This document shows, one piece after another, positions 20,080-31,357 of a stretch of DNA of 51,175 bases (positions are counted from its first letter, which is position 1; the number at the start of each line of letters is the position of its first letter). The position numbers and the translations under genes were made by a program. The stretch is from an uncultured Dinoroseobacter sp. Lineage in GTDB: Bacteria > Pseudomonadota > Alphaproteobacteria > Rhodobacterales > Rhodobacteraceae. Location of the stretch: positions 1 through 51,175 of the forward strand of contig CAZIKH010000001.1 of assembly GCA_964539755.1 (NCBI GenBank), given 5' to 3'. Under the pieces are notes generated by a model that saw nothing but the letters and a program-made list of their open reading frames with translations, was not told where the DNA came from and did no database searches.

Positions 20080-20371
20080 GGAACGAATCTTGGCGGGCTG
20101 CGCCGATTTGGCAAGCTTTTCAAGGCTGAAGTCTTCCCCAAATTCTGGGGATAAGTCGGTGGGCAAATCCGATTGCAGCGCGCGATCTGCTAGTGTTTCT
20201 GGGGTTTCGCTTAGTTTGATGAAAATTTAGGCGGCAGAATAAACATTTGAAAGTATTGAGAATTTTTTTGAGCCATCGGTAACACCCTGTATTTCTTAAC
20301 AGAATCTTAACGACCAGATGACGGTTTTTGCGAACGTGGACAAATGCCGTAAGGGCATCTGCGATAGAGGT
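20080..20371. other. Candidate chromosomal replication origin (oriC)
   Basis: AT-rich non-coding region with DnaA-box-like 9-mers (20132, 20146, 20158, 20335), a CtrA box, an IHF-like site and two GANTC sites. Confidence 0.55.
20296..20311 (+). promoter_or_regulatory. CtrA binding site
   Basis: TTAA-CAGAATC-TTAAC is an exact TTAA-N7-TTAAC match. Confidence 0.75.
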
Positions 20372-21163
20372 CTACTCGACCCCCAAGACATCCGGCGTCT
20401 GCCACGCCAGATGCTGGCCGCCATCGACGCAAATCAGCTGTCCCGTGACCTCGGTCGCTTCCAGAAAATAGCCCAAGGCCTGGACGATTCCGGCGGGGCT
20501 GCTGCCCCGTTTCAGAACCGTTGCGGCGCGTTGATCGGCAAAGTGTTTGGCCGATTGGCGCACCCCTTGCATGGTCGGTCCCGGGCCAATCGCGTTGACC
20601 CGGATACGCGGTGCCAACGCTTGGGCGGCGGTCTGGGTGAACGCCCACAGCCCCATCTTGGCCAGCGTATAGGTCATGAATTCCGGTGTCAGCTTGCGCA
20701 CCCTTTGGTCGATCATGTTGATCACCAAGCCATTGGCCAGCGGTTCACCGCCATCGTCCAACGGGGCCTCGGGCACTTGGGCGGCAAAGGCTTGGGTCAG
20801 GAACAAGGGCGCGCGCAGGTTGGACCCCATATGGCGGTCCCAACTGTCCGGCGTCGCCGTTGCCAGGGTATCATGCTCAAAGATCGAGGCATTGTTGATC
20901 AACACCGTCAGCGGCCCCATCGCCTGTGCGACCTCGGGTACAAGGGCTTCGGTGCGATGCGGATCCAACAAATCCGCCTGAAAGGTCTGTGCCTTGACGC
21001 CCTCTGCCCGACAGGCTGCCACAGTGTCCTCGGCCCCTTGGGCGGACCCGGCGTAATGAACCGCAACATCATAGCCGCGCTTGGCCAAAGCGATGGCCAT
21101 GTGCTGGCCCAAGCGCTGTCCCGCGCCGGTCACCAGCGCCGTGCCTTTTGAAGATGCCGTCAT
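20372..21163 (-). CDS. SDR family oxidoreductase (pteridine reductase-like)
   Basis: TGAGQRLG, NNASIF, YTLAK and IRVNAIGPG. Confidence 0.88.
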   Translation of the reverse strand: MTASSKGTALVTGAGQRLGQHMAIALAKRGYDVAVHYAGSAQGAEDTVAACRAEGVKAQTFQADLLDPHRTEALVPEVAQAMGPLTVLINNASIFEHDTLATATPDSWDRHMGSNLRAPLFLTQAFAAQVPEAPLDDGGEPLANGLVINMIDQRVRKLTPEFMTYTLAKMGLWAFTQTAAQALAPRIRVNAIGPGPTMQGVRQSAKHFADQRAATVLKRGSSPAGIVQALGYFLEATEVTGQLICVDGGQHLAWQTPDVLGVE

Positions 21164-21182
21164 GCGTGCCGCCCCTGCCTCG

Positions 21183-22163
21183 TCAGATCAAGAGTGCCAC
21201 GACATAGACGCCATAAAGCGCCGTCAAGAGGCCGCCCAACATGCGGCCGATGTTCCAGTGCAAATACACGATCGGCAGCAACAGCAAGGACGCGCCGGCC
21301 ATGATCCACAGGTCGAACCGCAGCAAGGCCGGGGGAACCGCCAGATCGCCGACCAGCGCCGCTGCGCCGATAATCGCCAGAAGGTTGAACATGTTCGACC
21401 CGATGACGTTGCCCAAGGCCACGTCCCCGTGCCCGCGATAGGCCGCCGCTACCACCGCAGCCAGTTCCGGCAGCGATGTGCCGAAGGCCACAAGGGTCAA
21501 GCCGATGACCGTTTCGCTGACACCAAAGCCCCGCGCGATGTTCACCGCGCCGTCCACCAACAGGTCTGCCCCCAAGGGCAATCCGACAAGGCCCAACCCC
21601 AAAAACAGCAGAACCTTGGTCCAAGGCAGGTTCGGGTCCGCCCCTTCGACCTCCTCCAGATCGGCATCGTCGGCTGCAGCAGCTTCGGCGGCGGCACGGG
21701 TTTCGCGCTTGTGTGCGCGCGCTTCCGCAATCGCGTCCCACAGCATCCACGCCAGCGCCGCCAACAGAACCAAGCCATGAATCCATGTGATCGGTCCCAG
21801 GAAACACACCACGATGAACAGGCCTGTGGCCGCGATCATCTGCACATAGCTGCGTCGTGTGTCGCTGTCGGCGGTGTGCAACCCCACCAGCAAAGCCGGG
21901 ATGCCCAGAACCAGCAGGATGTTGGCGATATTTGACCCGACCACATTGCCCAAGGCGATGCCGGGTGCGTCTTCCAGCACAGCTTTGACCGAAATCAGCA
22001 ACTCGGGCGCGGACGTTCCGAAGGCGACCACCGTCAGGGACACGATCAAGGCCGGGATGCCCAAACGCAAAGCCAGATTGACCGCCCCTTTGACCAGAAC
22101 ATCCCCGGCCCCCACCAGAATGAACAGTCCAAGCGCCACCATGGCGAAGTCGAGCAGAAGCAT
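21183..22163 (-). CDS. Calcium/sodium antiporter (CaCA, YrbG-like)
   Basis: Two alpha repeats, AFGTSAPE..GNVVGSNIAN and AFGTSLPE..GNVIGSNMFN, with an acidic central loop. Confidence 0.92.
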   Translation of the reverse strand: MLLLDFAMVALGLFILVGAGDVLVKGAVNLALRLGIPALIVSLTVVAFGTSAPELLISVKAVLEDAPGIALGNVVGSNIANILLVLGIPALLVGLHTADSDTRRSYVQMIAATGLFIVVCFLGPITWIHGLVLLAALAWMLWDAIAEARAHKRETRAAAEAAAADDADLEEVEGADPNLPWTKVLLFLGLGLVGLPLGADLLVDGAVNIARGFGVSETVIGLTLVAFGTSLPELAAVVAAAYRGHGDVALGNVIGSNMFNLLAIIGAAALVGDLAVPPALLRFDLWIMAGASLLLLPIVYLHWNIGRMLGGLLTALYGVYVVALLI

Positions 22164-22166
22164 GCG

Positions 22167-22349
22167 TTACCCTTTGCGGTCGAGACTGCCGCAAGGACAG
22201 GGATCGTTGTTGAACAAGAAGCGCTTGCAGGTCTTGCACCGTTTTGGTCGCTGCAAGGCCACCTTACCGACACCGGGCACGCGCAGGCGTCCGAAAATGG
22301 CAAGCACCATCATTCCGATCAGAAAAAACGTGACGATCTTGACCAACAT
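22167..22349 (-). CDS. Small membrane-anchored protein with C-terminal Cys4 motif
   Basis: 60 aa: N-terminal TM segment then RCKTCKRFLFNNDPCPCG; fills the gap between two co-oriented genes. Confidence 0.72.
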   Translation of the reverse strand: MLVKIVTFFLIGMMVLAIFGRLRVPGVGKVALQRPKRCKTCKRFLFNNDPCPCGSLDRKG

Positions 22350-22355
22350 GCCCGA

Positions 22356-23153
22356 TTACAGCCCGTACCGGGCCCAAAGGGACCGTTCTTCGATCTGGCC
22401 CAAGGCCGCTTCGGTCAGGCTGGCCCCAAAGCGGGCCCAGAATGGACGCCTCTGGCCATAAACCCGAAACCGCACCTTGTCGCCAAATCGGTCCTTCATG
22501 ACAGGCACCAGATGCCCAATGCCATCGGCCAGACCGACATCAATCGCTTTGCGCCCAACCCAAATCTCGCCCGTGAACAAGTCTGCGCCTTCGGGCAATT
22601 TCGCGCCCCGGCGGGCCTTAACATGGGCGATGAATGCGTCATGGATCTGTTGTTGCAGATCCTTCAGGCGCGCGACGTCTTCGGCGCGTTCCGGGCGAAA
22701 CGGGTCCAGCATCGATTTGTCTTTGCCAGCCGTATGCACGCGCCGCTCGATTCCTTGGCGCTGCATCAATTCATGAAACCCGAAGCTGGCCGAAATCACC
22801 CCGATGGACCCGACGATGGAACTGTCATCGACAAAGATCTCGTCTGCGGCGCAAGCCAGCCAATACCCGCCAGACGCGGCCACATCTTCGACGAAGGCAA
22901 CAACAGGCACATCTTTTTCGGCTGCCAGTCGGCGGATGCGGGCGGCGATCAACGAGGACTGGACGGGCGATCCCCCCGGCGAATTCAACAGCAACGCCAC
23001 CGCAGCCGGCTTCCCCCGGGCAAAGGCCTTTTCGATCAGGCCCGCCAAGGCGGCATCGTTCAAGGCCCCGCGGGACCCGGTTGCGATAACCCCAGACAGC
23101 CGCAGGACCGCGACCGTGGGATCGTTCTTTACGAATGGAAGCCAACGTTTCAT
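22356..23153 (-). CDS. S49 family peptidase (SppA/SohB-like)
   Basis: LNSPGGSPVQS, AASGGYWLA and GSIGVI. Confidence 0.92.
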   Translation of the reverse strand: MKRWLPFVKNDPTVAVLRLSGVIATGSRGALNDAALAGLIEKAFARGKPAAVALLLNSPGGSPVQSSLIAARIRRLAAEKDVPVVAFVEDVAASGGYWLACAADEIFVDDSSIVGSIGVISASFGFHELMQRQGIERRVHTAGKDKSMLDPFRPERAEDVARLKDLQQQIHDAFIAHVKARRGAKLPEGADLFTGEIWVGRKAIDVGLADGIGHLVPVMKDRFGDKVRFRVYGQRRPFWARFGASLTEAALGQIEERSLWARYGL

Positions 23154-23223
23154 GGGGGGCGATGTAAGCCGCCCCCCGGGGGTTAACAAGGCGACCCCCT
23201 ACGGGAAAGGCGCAGGGCCGCCC

Positions 23224-24711
<1,488 letters not shown>

Positions 24712-24755
24712 GGCGGTCCTCCCTTTTGGTCTTGTGTCACTATGGCGCGTAATGG

Positions 24756-26303
24756 TCAGGCCGCAACGTCTGCAATGCGTGCGAACCACGCGTCGATCGC
24801 CGTGATCTGGGCTGTCGTCAAACGCAGCCCCAGCTTTGACCGACGCCAAACAACGTCCTCGGCGCAACGGGCGAATTCGGTTTCGCGCAACCATTTCAGT
24901 TCGGCTTCGGTCAGACTTGCCCCGAAATCCTCGCCCAAATCACTGGACGTCTTTGCATCCCCCAACAGCGTCCAAGCATCGGTCCCATAGGCCCGGATCA
25001 ACCGTTTCGCCCAACGATCCGTCAGAAACGGATAGTCCAGCCCCAATTGCACGATCAGGTCGTCAACCTGAGAAACCTTGAAGTCCCCCCCGGGCAATGC
25101 CACCCCAGCGGTCCACGCCCCCCCCATCGGCAAGTGGGGTTCCAGCTTGGCCAGCGCCGCTTCGGCCAGTTTGCGATAGGTGGTGATCTTGCCGCCGAAC
25201 ACGTTCAGCAAAGGCGCGCCATTGTCATCCAGCGCCAAGACATAGTCCCGGGTCGCTTCGGTGGCGCTGCTGGCCCCATCATCATAAAGCGGTCGCACGC
25301 CGGAATAGGTCCAGACGATCTGGTCGCGTGTCACGGGCGTCGCAAAATACTGCGACGCGAAATCGCACAGGTATTGCTGTTCCGCCTCGGTGCAGACGGG
25401 CTTTACCCCAAGATCGGTATGTTCCTGATCCGTGGTTCCGATCAGGGTGAAATCGGTCTCGTAAGGAATGGCAAAGATGATCCGCCCGTCCGAGCCTTGG
25501 AAGAAATAGCACTTGTCATGCCCGAACAGTCGCGGGACCACGATATGCGAGCCCCGCACAAGGCGCACCCCCTGATCGGTGTTGCGACGCAAGACGCCTT
25601 TCAGCACCTCTTCGACCCACGGACCACCCGCGTTGACCACGGCCTTGGCGGTGATGCTGCGCCCATCCGACAGCTCAAGGCGCCAATGACCATCCTCGCG
25701 TTCGCCCCGCAGAACTTTGGTGCGGGTTTGGACGGTTGCACCTCGCAAGACGGCATCGCGGGCATTCAGCACAACCAGACGGGAATCTTCGATCCAGCAA
25801 TCCGAATATTCAAACCCCTTGCGAAAGACTGGTTTCAGCGGGGCGCCTTCCGGACCATCGGCAAGGTTCAAGCTGCGCGTGCCGGGCAGGATTTGCCGCC
25901 CCCCCAAGGTATCGTACAGGAACAACCCCAGCCGGATCAGCCAAGCCGGGCGACGATCCTGCATCCATGGCATCACGCGCTTCAGAAGGCGCGAGGTCGG
26001 CGTTTCGTTGGGAAAGCGCATGTCAGGGTGCAAGGGCAGCACAAACCGCATGGGCCAGCTGATATGCGGCATGGCGGTCAGCAGCACTTCGCGTTCGATC
26101 AGACTTTCGCGCACCAGCCGAAACTTGAAGAACTCCAGATAGCGCAGCCCACCATGAAACAGCTTGGTCGACGCGCTGGAGGTCGCACTGGCCAGATCGT
26201 TCATTTCGGCCAGACCGACCTTCAGGCCGCGCCCCGCCGCGTCGCGGGCAATGCCGACACCATTGATGCCGCCGCCGATGACAAAAAGATCGTAATCCGC
26301 CAT
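24756..26303 (-). CDS. glpD: FAD-dependent glycerol-3-phosphate dehydrogenase
   Basis: [31 protein letters not shown] and GGKITTYR. Confidence 0.95.
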   Translation of the reverse strand: MADYDLFVIGGGINGVGIARDAAGRGLKVGLAEMNDLASATSSASTKLFHGGLRYLEFFKFRLVRESLIEREVLLTAMPHISWPMRFVLPLHPDMRFPNETPTSRLLKRVMPWMQDRRPAWLIRLGLFLYDTLGGRQILPGTRSLNLADGPEGAPLKPVFRKGFEYSDCWIEDSRLVVLNARDAVLRGATVQTRTKVLRGEREDGHWRLELSDGRSITAKAVVNAGGPWVEEVLKGVLRRNTDQGVRLVRGSHIVVPRLFGHDKCYFFQGSDGRIIFAIPYETDFTLIGTTDQEHTDLGVKPVCTEAEQQYLCDFASQYFATPVTRDQIVWTYSGVRPLYDDGASSATEATRDYVLALDDNGAPLLNVFGGKITTYRKLAEAALAKLEPHLPMGGAWTAGVALPGGDFKVSQVDDLIVQLGLDYPFLTDRWAKRLIRAYGTDAWTLLGDAKTSSDLGEDFGASLTEAELKWLRETEFARCAEDVVWRRSKLGLRLTTAQITAIDAWFARIADVAA

Positions 26304-26331
26304 GTCTTTCCCCTTTCCCGTGCCACCTAGC

Positions 26332-26377
26332 ATTTTCGCTTAGCGCATGATATCGCGCGCATAACGTTCGTTTCGAA
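26332..26377. promoter_or_regulatory. Possible GlpR operator(s) in the divergent glpD/glpR spacer
   Basis: ATTTTCG (26332) and ACGTTCG-TTT-CGAA (26364-26377) are TTCG-type half-sites like those of GlpR operators. Confidence 0.35.
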
Positions 26378-26388
26378 GGATAATCGCG

Positions 26389-27162
26389 ATGAGAGAGCGC
26401 GATAGACGGCAGAGCATACTAGAGGATGTTCGCAACGAAGGTCGCGTGACGACTGACGCCTTGGCGCGCCGATATCGGGTCACCGTGCAAACCCTGCGTC
26501 GTGACCTTGCCGAAATGGAACAGGCTGGCCTGATCACCCGCACCCATGGGGGCGCGGTGCCCCGGTCGTCGGTCGCCAATATCGGCTATGCGGATCGACA
26601 GGTCCTGAATGCCGACGCAAAACGCCGGATCGCGCAGCAAGCGGCAGAGCTTATCCCGGATCGCGCTTCGGTCTTTCTGGATATCGGAACATCTGTCGAA
26701 GCCGTGGCCGAAGCGCTGCTGCGCCATGACGGGCTGGTTGTGATCACCAACAATCTGCGGGCCGCCAGCATTCTGGCCGACAACCCCAGTGCCGAGGTGA
26801 TCGTTGCCGGTGGCGTTCTGCGACGATCCGATGCCGGGCTTGTGGGGGAACAGACCGTCGCCTTCCTGCGGCAGTTCAAACCGGATTTTGCCATCCTCAG
26901 CGCGTCTGCATTGGACGAAGATGGTGATTTCCTCGACTTCGATTTTCGCGAGGTGCAGGTCAGCCGTACGGCTCAAGCCAGATCGCGGCGGTCCGTGCTG
27001 GTGGCCGATGCGTCAAAGTTCCGGCGCCAAGCCCCTGTCATGATCGGGTCCTTGGCCGAGATCGACGATTTCGTCACAGACGCCCCACTGAACGCAGCCT
27101 TGGCGGGGAAATGTGCGACCTGGGGCACAAAGGTTCATGTGGCCGCGAAAATGTCTGCGTAA
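26389..27162 (+). CDS. glpR: DeoR/GlpR family transcriptional repressor
   Basis: HTH VTVQTLRRDL..RTHGGA and DeoR C-domain (FLDIGTS, VITNN); divergent from glpD. Confidence 0.9.
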   Translation: MRERDRRQSILEDVRNEGRVTTDALARRYRVTVQTLRRDLAEMEQAGLITRTHGGAVPRSSVANIGYADRQVLNADAKRRIAQQAAELIPDRASVFLDIGTSVEAVAEALLRHDGLVVITNNLRAASILADNPSAEVIVAGGVLRRSDAGLVGEQTVAFLRQFKPDFAILSASALDEDGDFLDFDFREVQVSRTAQARSRRSVLVADASKFRRQAPVMIGSLAEIDDFVTDAPLNAALAGKCATWGTKVHVAAKMSA

Positions 27163-28622
27163 TCCGCGCGCAAGACCGCCTTTTGCACCTTGCCCATCGT
27201 ATTGCGGGGCAAGGACGGCACGAAAGCAACATGGCGGGGCTGCTTGAACCCGGCCAACCGGTCCTTCAACGCGGCCTTCAGGTCGAATTCCTGCCCCACG
27301 ACAACGGCAACCACGGCCTCGCCGAAATCGGGGTGGGGCACGCCGATTACCGCGCTTTCGCTGACGCCCTCCAACGCGTCGATCACATCCTCGACCTCTT
27401 TGGGATAAACATTCAAGCCGCCGGAAATGATCAGGTCCTTCCCCCGACCCACGATCGTGACATAGCCGTCTTCGGACTGCTGTCCCAAGTCGCCAGTGAT
27501 GAACCAGCCATCTTCGGTCATGTCTTCGGCAGTTTTTTCCGGCATGTTCCAATAGCCTTGGAACACATTTGGCCCGCGCACCTGAATCGTCCCGATTTGT
27601 CCGGGCGCGACGGGCGCATTCCCGTCCATGATCCGCAAATCAACACCCGGCAGGGGCAGACCAACCGTCCCGGCCCGCCGATCCCCATCATAGGGGTTCG
27701 AGGTGTTCATGTTGGTTTCGGTCATTCCATAGCGTTCCAGAATACGGTGCCCGGTGCGGGCCTCGAAAGCCGTGTGGGTGCTGGCCAAAAGCGGGGCCGA
27801 ACCTGAGATGAACAACCGCATATGCCCAGCCAGCGCGCGGTCGAACCGCGGGTCATCCAAAAGGCGGGTATAGAATGTCGGAACACCCATCATCGCCGTC
27901 GCCTTGGGCAAGGCGGCCAAGACCGCATCCGTTTCGAACTTGGGCAGCAAGATCATCTGCGCCCCACTAAGAAGCGCAATATTCGTCGCAACGAACAGGC
28001 CATGGGTGTGAAACACCGGCAGGGCATGCAGCAGAACGTCCTTATCCGTGAAGCGCCAATAGTCCGTCAGGACTTGCGTATTCGAAAGAAGGTTGGCGTG
28101 GCTCAGCATCGCGCCCTTCGATCGCCCTGTGGTCCCCGAGGTATAGAGGAACGCTGCCAGATCGTCTGGCGCCCGATCCACGCAATGTGCAAAATCCGGC
28201 GCGCATAGATCGACCAACGTCCCCTGTCCATCTGGGCCCAAGCTGTGAACCTCACACCCAAATGCGCCCGCCATATCCGCAAGGCGCGCCACGGCATCCG
28301 GGTCGCAGACCAGCAGCTTGGCCCCGGCGTCTTCGACGAAATAGCCAAGCTCGGACGCGGTATAGGCGGTGTTCAGCGGCAGGAAAATCACCCCGGTCAT
28401 CACCGCAGCCGCATAAAGCGCCAGAAAATCGACGGACTTCGGGGCCTGCACGGCCATGCGATCCCCCGGCTGCAAACCCAGTCCGATCAAGGCCCCGGCA
28501 AACCCTTCGGCGCGGGCATGAAACGCCGCACCGCTGACCGTGCTTCCATCCGGCAGATGAAAAAGCGGACTTTGTCGATCAGCCAAGGGCGCAAACAACG
28601 CGTCGTAGAGCGGATTGGACAT
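27135..28622 (-). CDS. matB: Malonyl-CoA synthetase
   Basis: YTSGTTGRSKG, LPVFHTHGL, ERYGMTET and LPRNTMGKVQK; MSNPLYDALF N-terminus typical of MatB. Confidence 0.88.
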   Translation of the reverse strand: MSNPLYDALFAPLADRQSPLFHLPDGSTVSGAAFHARAEGFAGALIGLGLQPGDRMAVQAPKSVDFLALYAAAVMTGVIFLPLNTAYTASELGYFVEDAGAKLLVCDPDAVARLADMAGAFGCEVHSLGPDGQGTLVDLCAPDFAHCVDRAPDDLAAFLYTSGTTGRSKGAMLSHANLLSNTQVLTDYWRFTDKDVLLHALPVFHTHGLFVATNIALLSGAQMILLPKFETDAVLAALPKATAMMGVPTFYTRLLDDPRFDRALAGHMRLFISGSAPLLASTHTAFEARTGHRILERYGMTETNMNTSNPYDGDRRAGTVGLPLPGVDLRIMDGNAPVAPGQIGTIQVRGPNVFQGYWNMPEKTAEDMTEDGWFITGDLGQQSEDGYVTIVGRGKDLIISGGLNVYPKEVEDVIDALEGVSESAVIGVPHPDFGEAVVAVVVGQEFDLKAALKDRLAGFKQPRHVAFVPSLPRNTMGKVQKAVLRADYADIFAAT

Positions 28623-28696
28623 TCGGACACCTCGGCTAGGGTTGCGTTGCCTGCTTATCGCGGCGCGCCACGGGCGAAAAGATGCACCACAAAAGC

Positions 28697-28710
28697 ATGA
28701 TCTGTATCAA
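28697..28710 (+). promoter_or_regulatory. FNR/FnrL-type box upstream of the Rrf2 gene
   Basis: ATGAT-CTGT-ATCAA versus TTGAT-N4-ATCAA (1 mismatch). Confidence 0.6.
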
Positions 28711-28781
28711 GGTGACGAAGCCGCCGAAACGATAGGGTGGCCGAAACGCGCCTGCCTCATTGCCCCCTCGGAGGATGCCAA

Positions 28782-29222
28782 ATGCGACTAACCATGCGAA
28801 CAAACCTAGCGATGCGCAGCCTGATGTTCTGCGCCGTCAATCCAGGGCGTATCGTGCGGAAATCGGAAATCGCGGAATACTGCCACGCCTCGGAAAACCA
28901 TCTGGGCCTTGTGATCCACAAACTCAGCCAGTCAGGCTTCTTGCACACCGTGCGCGGGCGCAATGGCGGCGTGCGCCTCAGCCGCCCTGCCGAAGATATC
29001 TGCATCGGCGATGTGTGCCGCGAATTCGAAGCCAGCGTCCCGTTTACCGAATGTTTCGAAGGCGGCGAGAACGATTGCCCGATCGTGGCATGTTGCAAGC
29101 TGCGCGGGGTGCTCAAGACCGCGCTCGACGCGTTCTATGCAGAACTCGACAAGGTGCAATTGTCCGATCTGACGGCGGGTAACGCGGGTCTGTCGCGGCT
29201 GCTGGCCCTTGAAGACGCCTGA
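28782..29222 (+). CDS. Rrf2 family Fe-S transcriptional regulator (NsrR/RirA-like)
   Basis: Winged HTH (VRGRNGGVRL); cluster-ligand spacing C91-x7-C99-x5-C105; GGAGG RBS. Confidence 0.88.
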   Translation: MRLTMRTNLAMRSLMFCAVNPGRIVRKSEIAEYCHASENHLGLVIHKLSQSGFLHTVRGRNGGVRLSRPAEDICIGDVCREFEASVPFTECFEGGENDCPIVACCKLRGVLKTALDAFYAELDKVQLSDLTAGNAGLSRLLALEDA

Positions 29223-29285
29223 TCAGGTTGTCACTGACCAAGCTTGGTATATCTGAGGGCCCAACCCGACGTTGGAGCCCTTCTT

Positions 29286-29837
29286 ATGACCAAAACCACC
29301 CTGCTGGGGATTTCAGGATCGTTGCGCGCAGCTTCGGTCAATCGGCGCTTGATCCGCGAAGCCGCCGTTTTCTTCGCGCCAGACCAGTTCATCGAAGCCG
29401 ATCTGCGGCTGCCGCTTTATGATGGGGATGTCGAAGACAAAGACGGCATTCCCGCATCGGTTCAGGTCTTGGCGGACCAGATCGCGACGGCCGACGCCAT
29501 CGTGATTTCAACCCCCGAATACAACCAAAGCCTATCGGGCGTTCTGAAGAACGCGCTCGATTGGGTCAGCCGGGTCGAGGGCAAGCCTTGGGCGGGCAAA
29601 CCCGTGGCCCTGCTCAGTGCCGCTGCGGGACGCGCGGGCGGCGCGCGCGCGAATTATGCCCTGCGCTTGGCGATGCAGCCCTTTCGCACACATTTGCTTC
29701 AAGGCGAATTTCTGCTGGCAGGGGCACACCGCGAATTCGACGAAGACGGGCACCTGACGGGCGACCTTTACCGCAAGAATCTGGCCACCCTGATGACCGA
29801 TCTGCGGGCTGCGGCTGGACTGGAGCCGGTCACCTAG
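29286..29837 (+). CDS. NADPH-dependent FMN reductase
   Basis: GISGSLR and TPEYNQSLSGVLKNALDW. Confidence 0.9.
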   Translation: MTKTTLLGISGSLRAASVNRRLIREAAVFFAPDQFIEADLRLPLYDGDVEDKDGIPASVQVLADQIATADAIVISTPEYNQSLSGVLKNALDWVSRVEGKPWAGKPVALLSAAAGRAGGARANYALRLAMQPFRTHLLQGEFLLAGAHREFDEDGHLTGDLYRKNLATLMTDLRAAAGLEPVT

Positions 29838-30448
29838 ATTGTGCGCAGGTATGCGATCAGCTCGTCCAGATTGCCGCGCCGTTGATCCAGCAGCGCGCCA
29901 ATCTCGCGCCGTTCGCTGGTGCGCAGGCCAATGCCTTCGATGAAGATGTCATAGAACCGGGGCGTGTTGTTCCGATCTGACACAAAGAAGGTGACGTTGA
30001 TCGGACCGCGTCCGGGCAGCAGGGCGCGTCCTTCGACTTCGAACCCGCTGCGGTTGGCCGTCGAACGGGTCACTTCGATCCGACCGCCAGCGAATTCGCG
30101 GAACCGTCGCCCGTACTTGCGGGCGATATATCCCCCGAACGCCTCGGCATAGGCCCGTTTCTGGCTGTCCGAGGCCGTGCGCCAATCCGGCCCAAGGGTC
30201 GAGGCGGCAATCACATCGGTGTCCGCATACCGTTCGAACAGACGTTCGAATTCGCGGTAAAGCGCGGTGCCGGATCGCCCGGAATTGATCACGCTGTTGA
30301 TATCATTGACCAAACGCGTCACCAGCGTGCTGGCTTCGGACTGGCTGAGCGCACGCGCCTGCCCCGGCAACAGACCATAGGCCATGCCCCCCGCGGCAAG
30401 CATCAGGACCGCGCGGCGGGTCGCGCTAGTTGCTGGCAAACGGGTCAT
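29834..30448 (-). CDS. mlaC: MlaC/Ttg2D family phospholipid-binding periplasmic protein
   Basis: Tat-like TRRAVL leader; LGPDWR and FYDIFIEGI; downstream of VacJ. Confidence 0.8.
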   Translation of the reverse strand: MTRLPATSATRRAVLMLAAGGMAYGLLPGQARALSQSEASTLVTRLVNDINSVINSGRSGTALYREFERLFERYADTDVIAASTLGPDWRTASDSQKRAYAEAFGGYIARKYGRRFREFAGGRIEVTRSTANRSGFEVEGRALLPGRGPINVTFFVSDRNNTPRFYDIFIEGIGLRTSERREIGALLDQRRGNLDELIAYLRTI

Positions 30449-31184
30449 CGAGGGGGTCCACTCCAAATTCATCAAAGCCGCTGTCTACCCCACCGGTCAG
30501 TTGGAACCGACGGGCCTGCATAAAGCTGTCGCGCAGCTGCGCATAGCTGTCGGCGCTGTCATACAGGATGGGGTCGATCAGCGTGGCATTGCGGGCGCGG
30601 TCGCCAAGGACATTCGCGACGGACACCTGCCGTTGCGCCAAACGCTGCGCATCCGTGGTCACGACCAGACGCACGGGGTTCATGGCCGTATCCGCGACGC
30701 GTCCTACCGTGTCGCGCAGGTTCGACGGACCCGCCAAGGGCAGTTCCAGATACGGCCCTTCGCCTGCGCCCCAGACATACAGCGTTTCACCGAAATCGGT
30801 TGCTTCGTCGGTCAGGCCCATCGCACTGGCCGGATCGAACACCCCGCCCAAGCCGAACGAGGTGTTCACAATGAACCGAAACAGGTTGCGCCCAAAGGAC
30901 GGCGCATCCCCTTGCAGAAGGTTGTTCACCATGCGTCCGGGGTGATCCAGGTTGCGGGCGAAATTGTCGACGCCTTGTGCGACGGGGTCGGGAACGACGG
31001 TGTCATAGACAATGCTGGCCGGACGCAGGGCGACCGCATCGACGGCCTTGTTCACGCCGTGGCTGGCCCGGTTCAACCCTTCCAGCGGGTCATGGACCGC
31101 ATCGCGGGTCGGCACAGTGGCACAGCCCGCCAGCGCAAGCGCGCCGATCAGCATCATCACCGGGGGCAGTTTCAATTTGGTCAC
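30426..31184 (-). CDS. mlaA: VacJ/MlaA lipoprotein
   Basis: Lipobox LAGC; DPLEGLNR and DFGETLYVWG..GPYLELPLAGPSNLRD; start uncertain (GTG 31184). Confidence 0.88.
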   Translation of the reverse strand: MTKLKLPPVMMLIGALALAGCATVPTRDAVHDPLEGLNRASHGVNKAVDAVALRPASIVYDTVVPDPVAQGVDNFARNLDHPGRMVNNLLQGDAPSFGRNLFRFIVNTSFGLGGVFDPASAMGLTDEATDFGETLYVWGAGEGPYLELPLAGPSNLRDTVGRVADTAMNPVRLVVTTDAQRLAQRQVSVANVLGDRARNATLIDPILYDSADSYAQLRDSFMQARRFQLTGGVDSGFDEFGVDPLDDPFASN

Positions 31185-31357
31185 AACACGTCGCAAAGCG
31201 GGGGCATCTTCAATCGGGTTTGCCTGTTAACGGATCAATTAGCTATATTGTGGCAAAATACCAATCGGGATCGGCATGAACCGTCCCATGGCAGAGGCAA
31301 TGCGCCGATCCGTTACAAAGAGCGACAAATCGGCAACAGACGAGAAGCAGCGCAAGC

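Noticed and set aside
27135-27162. 28-bp convergent overlap of glpR/matB (also 4-bp CTAG overlaps at 12152 and 29834)
   Set aside because: Ordinary compaction of tail-to-tail genes; no sign of truncation.
31225-31241. GTTAAC-GGATCAA-TTAG as a CtrA box between mlaA and the T1SS
   Set aside because: Only one good half-site and the spacing is off by one.
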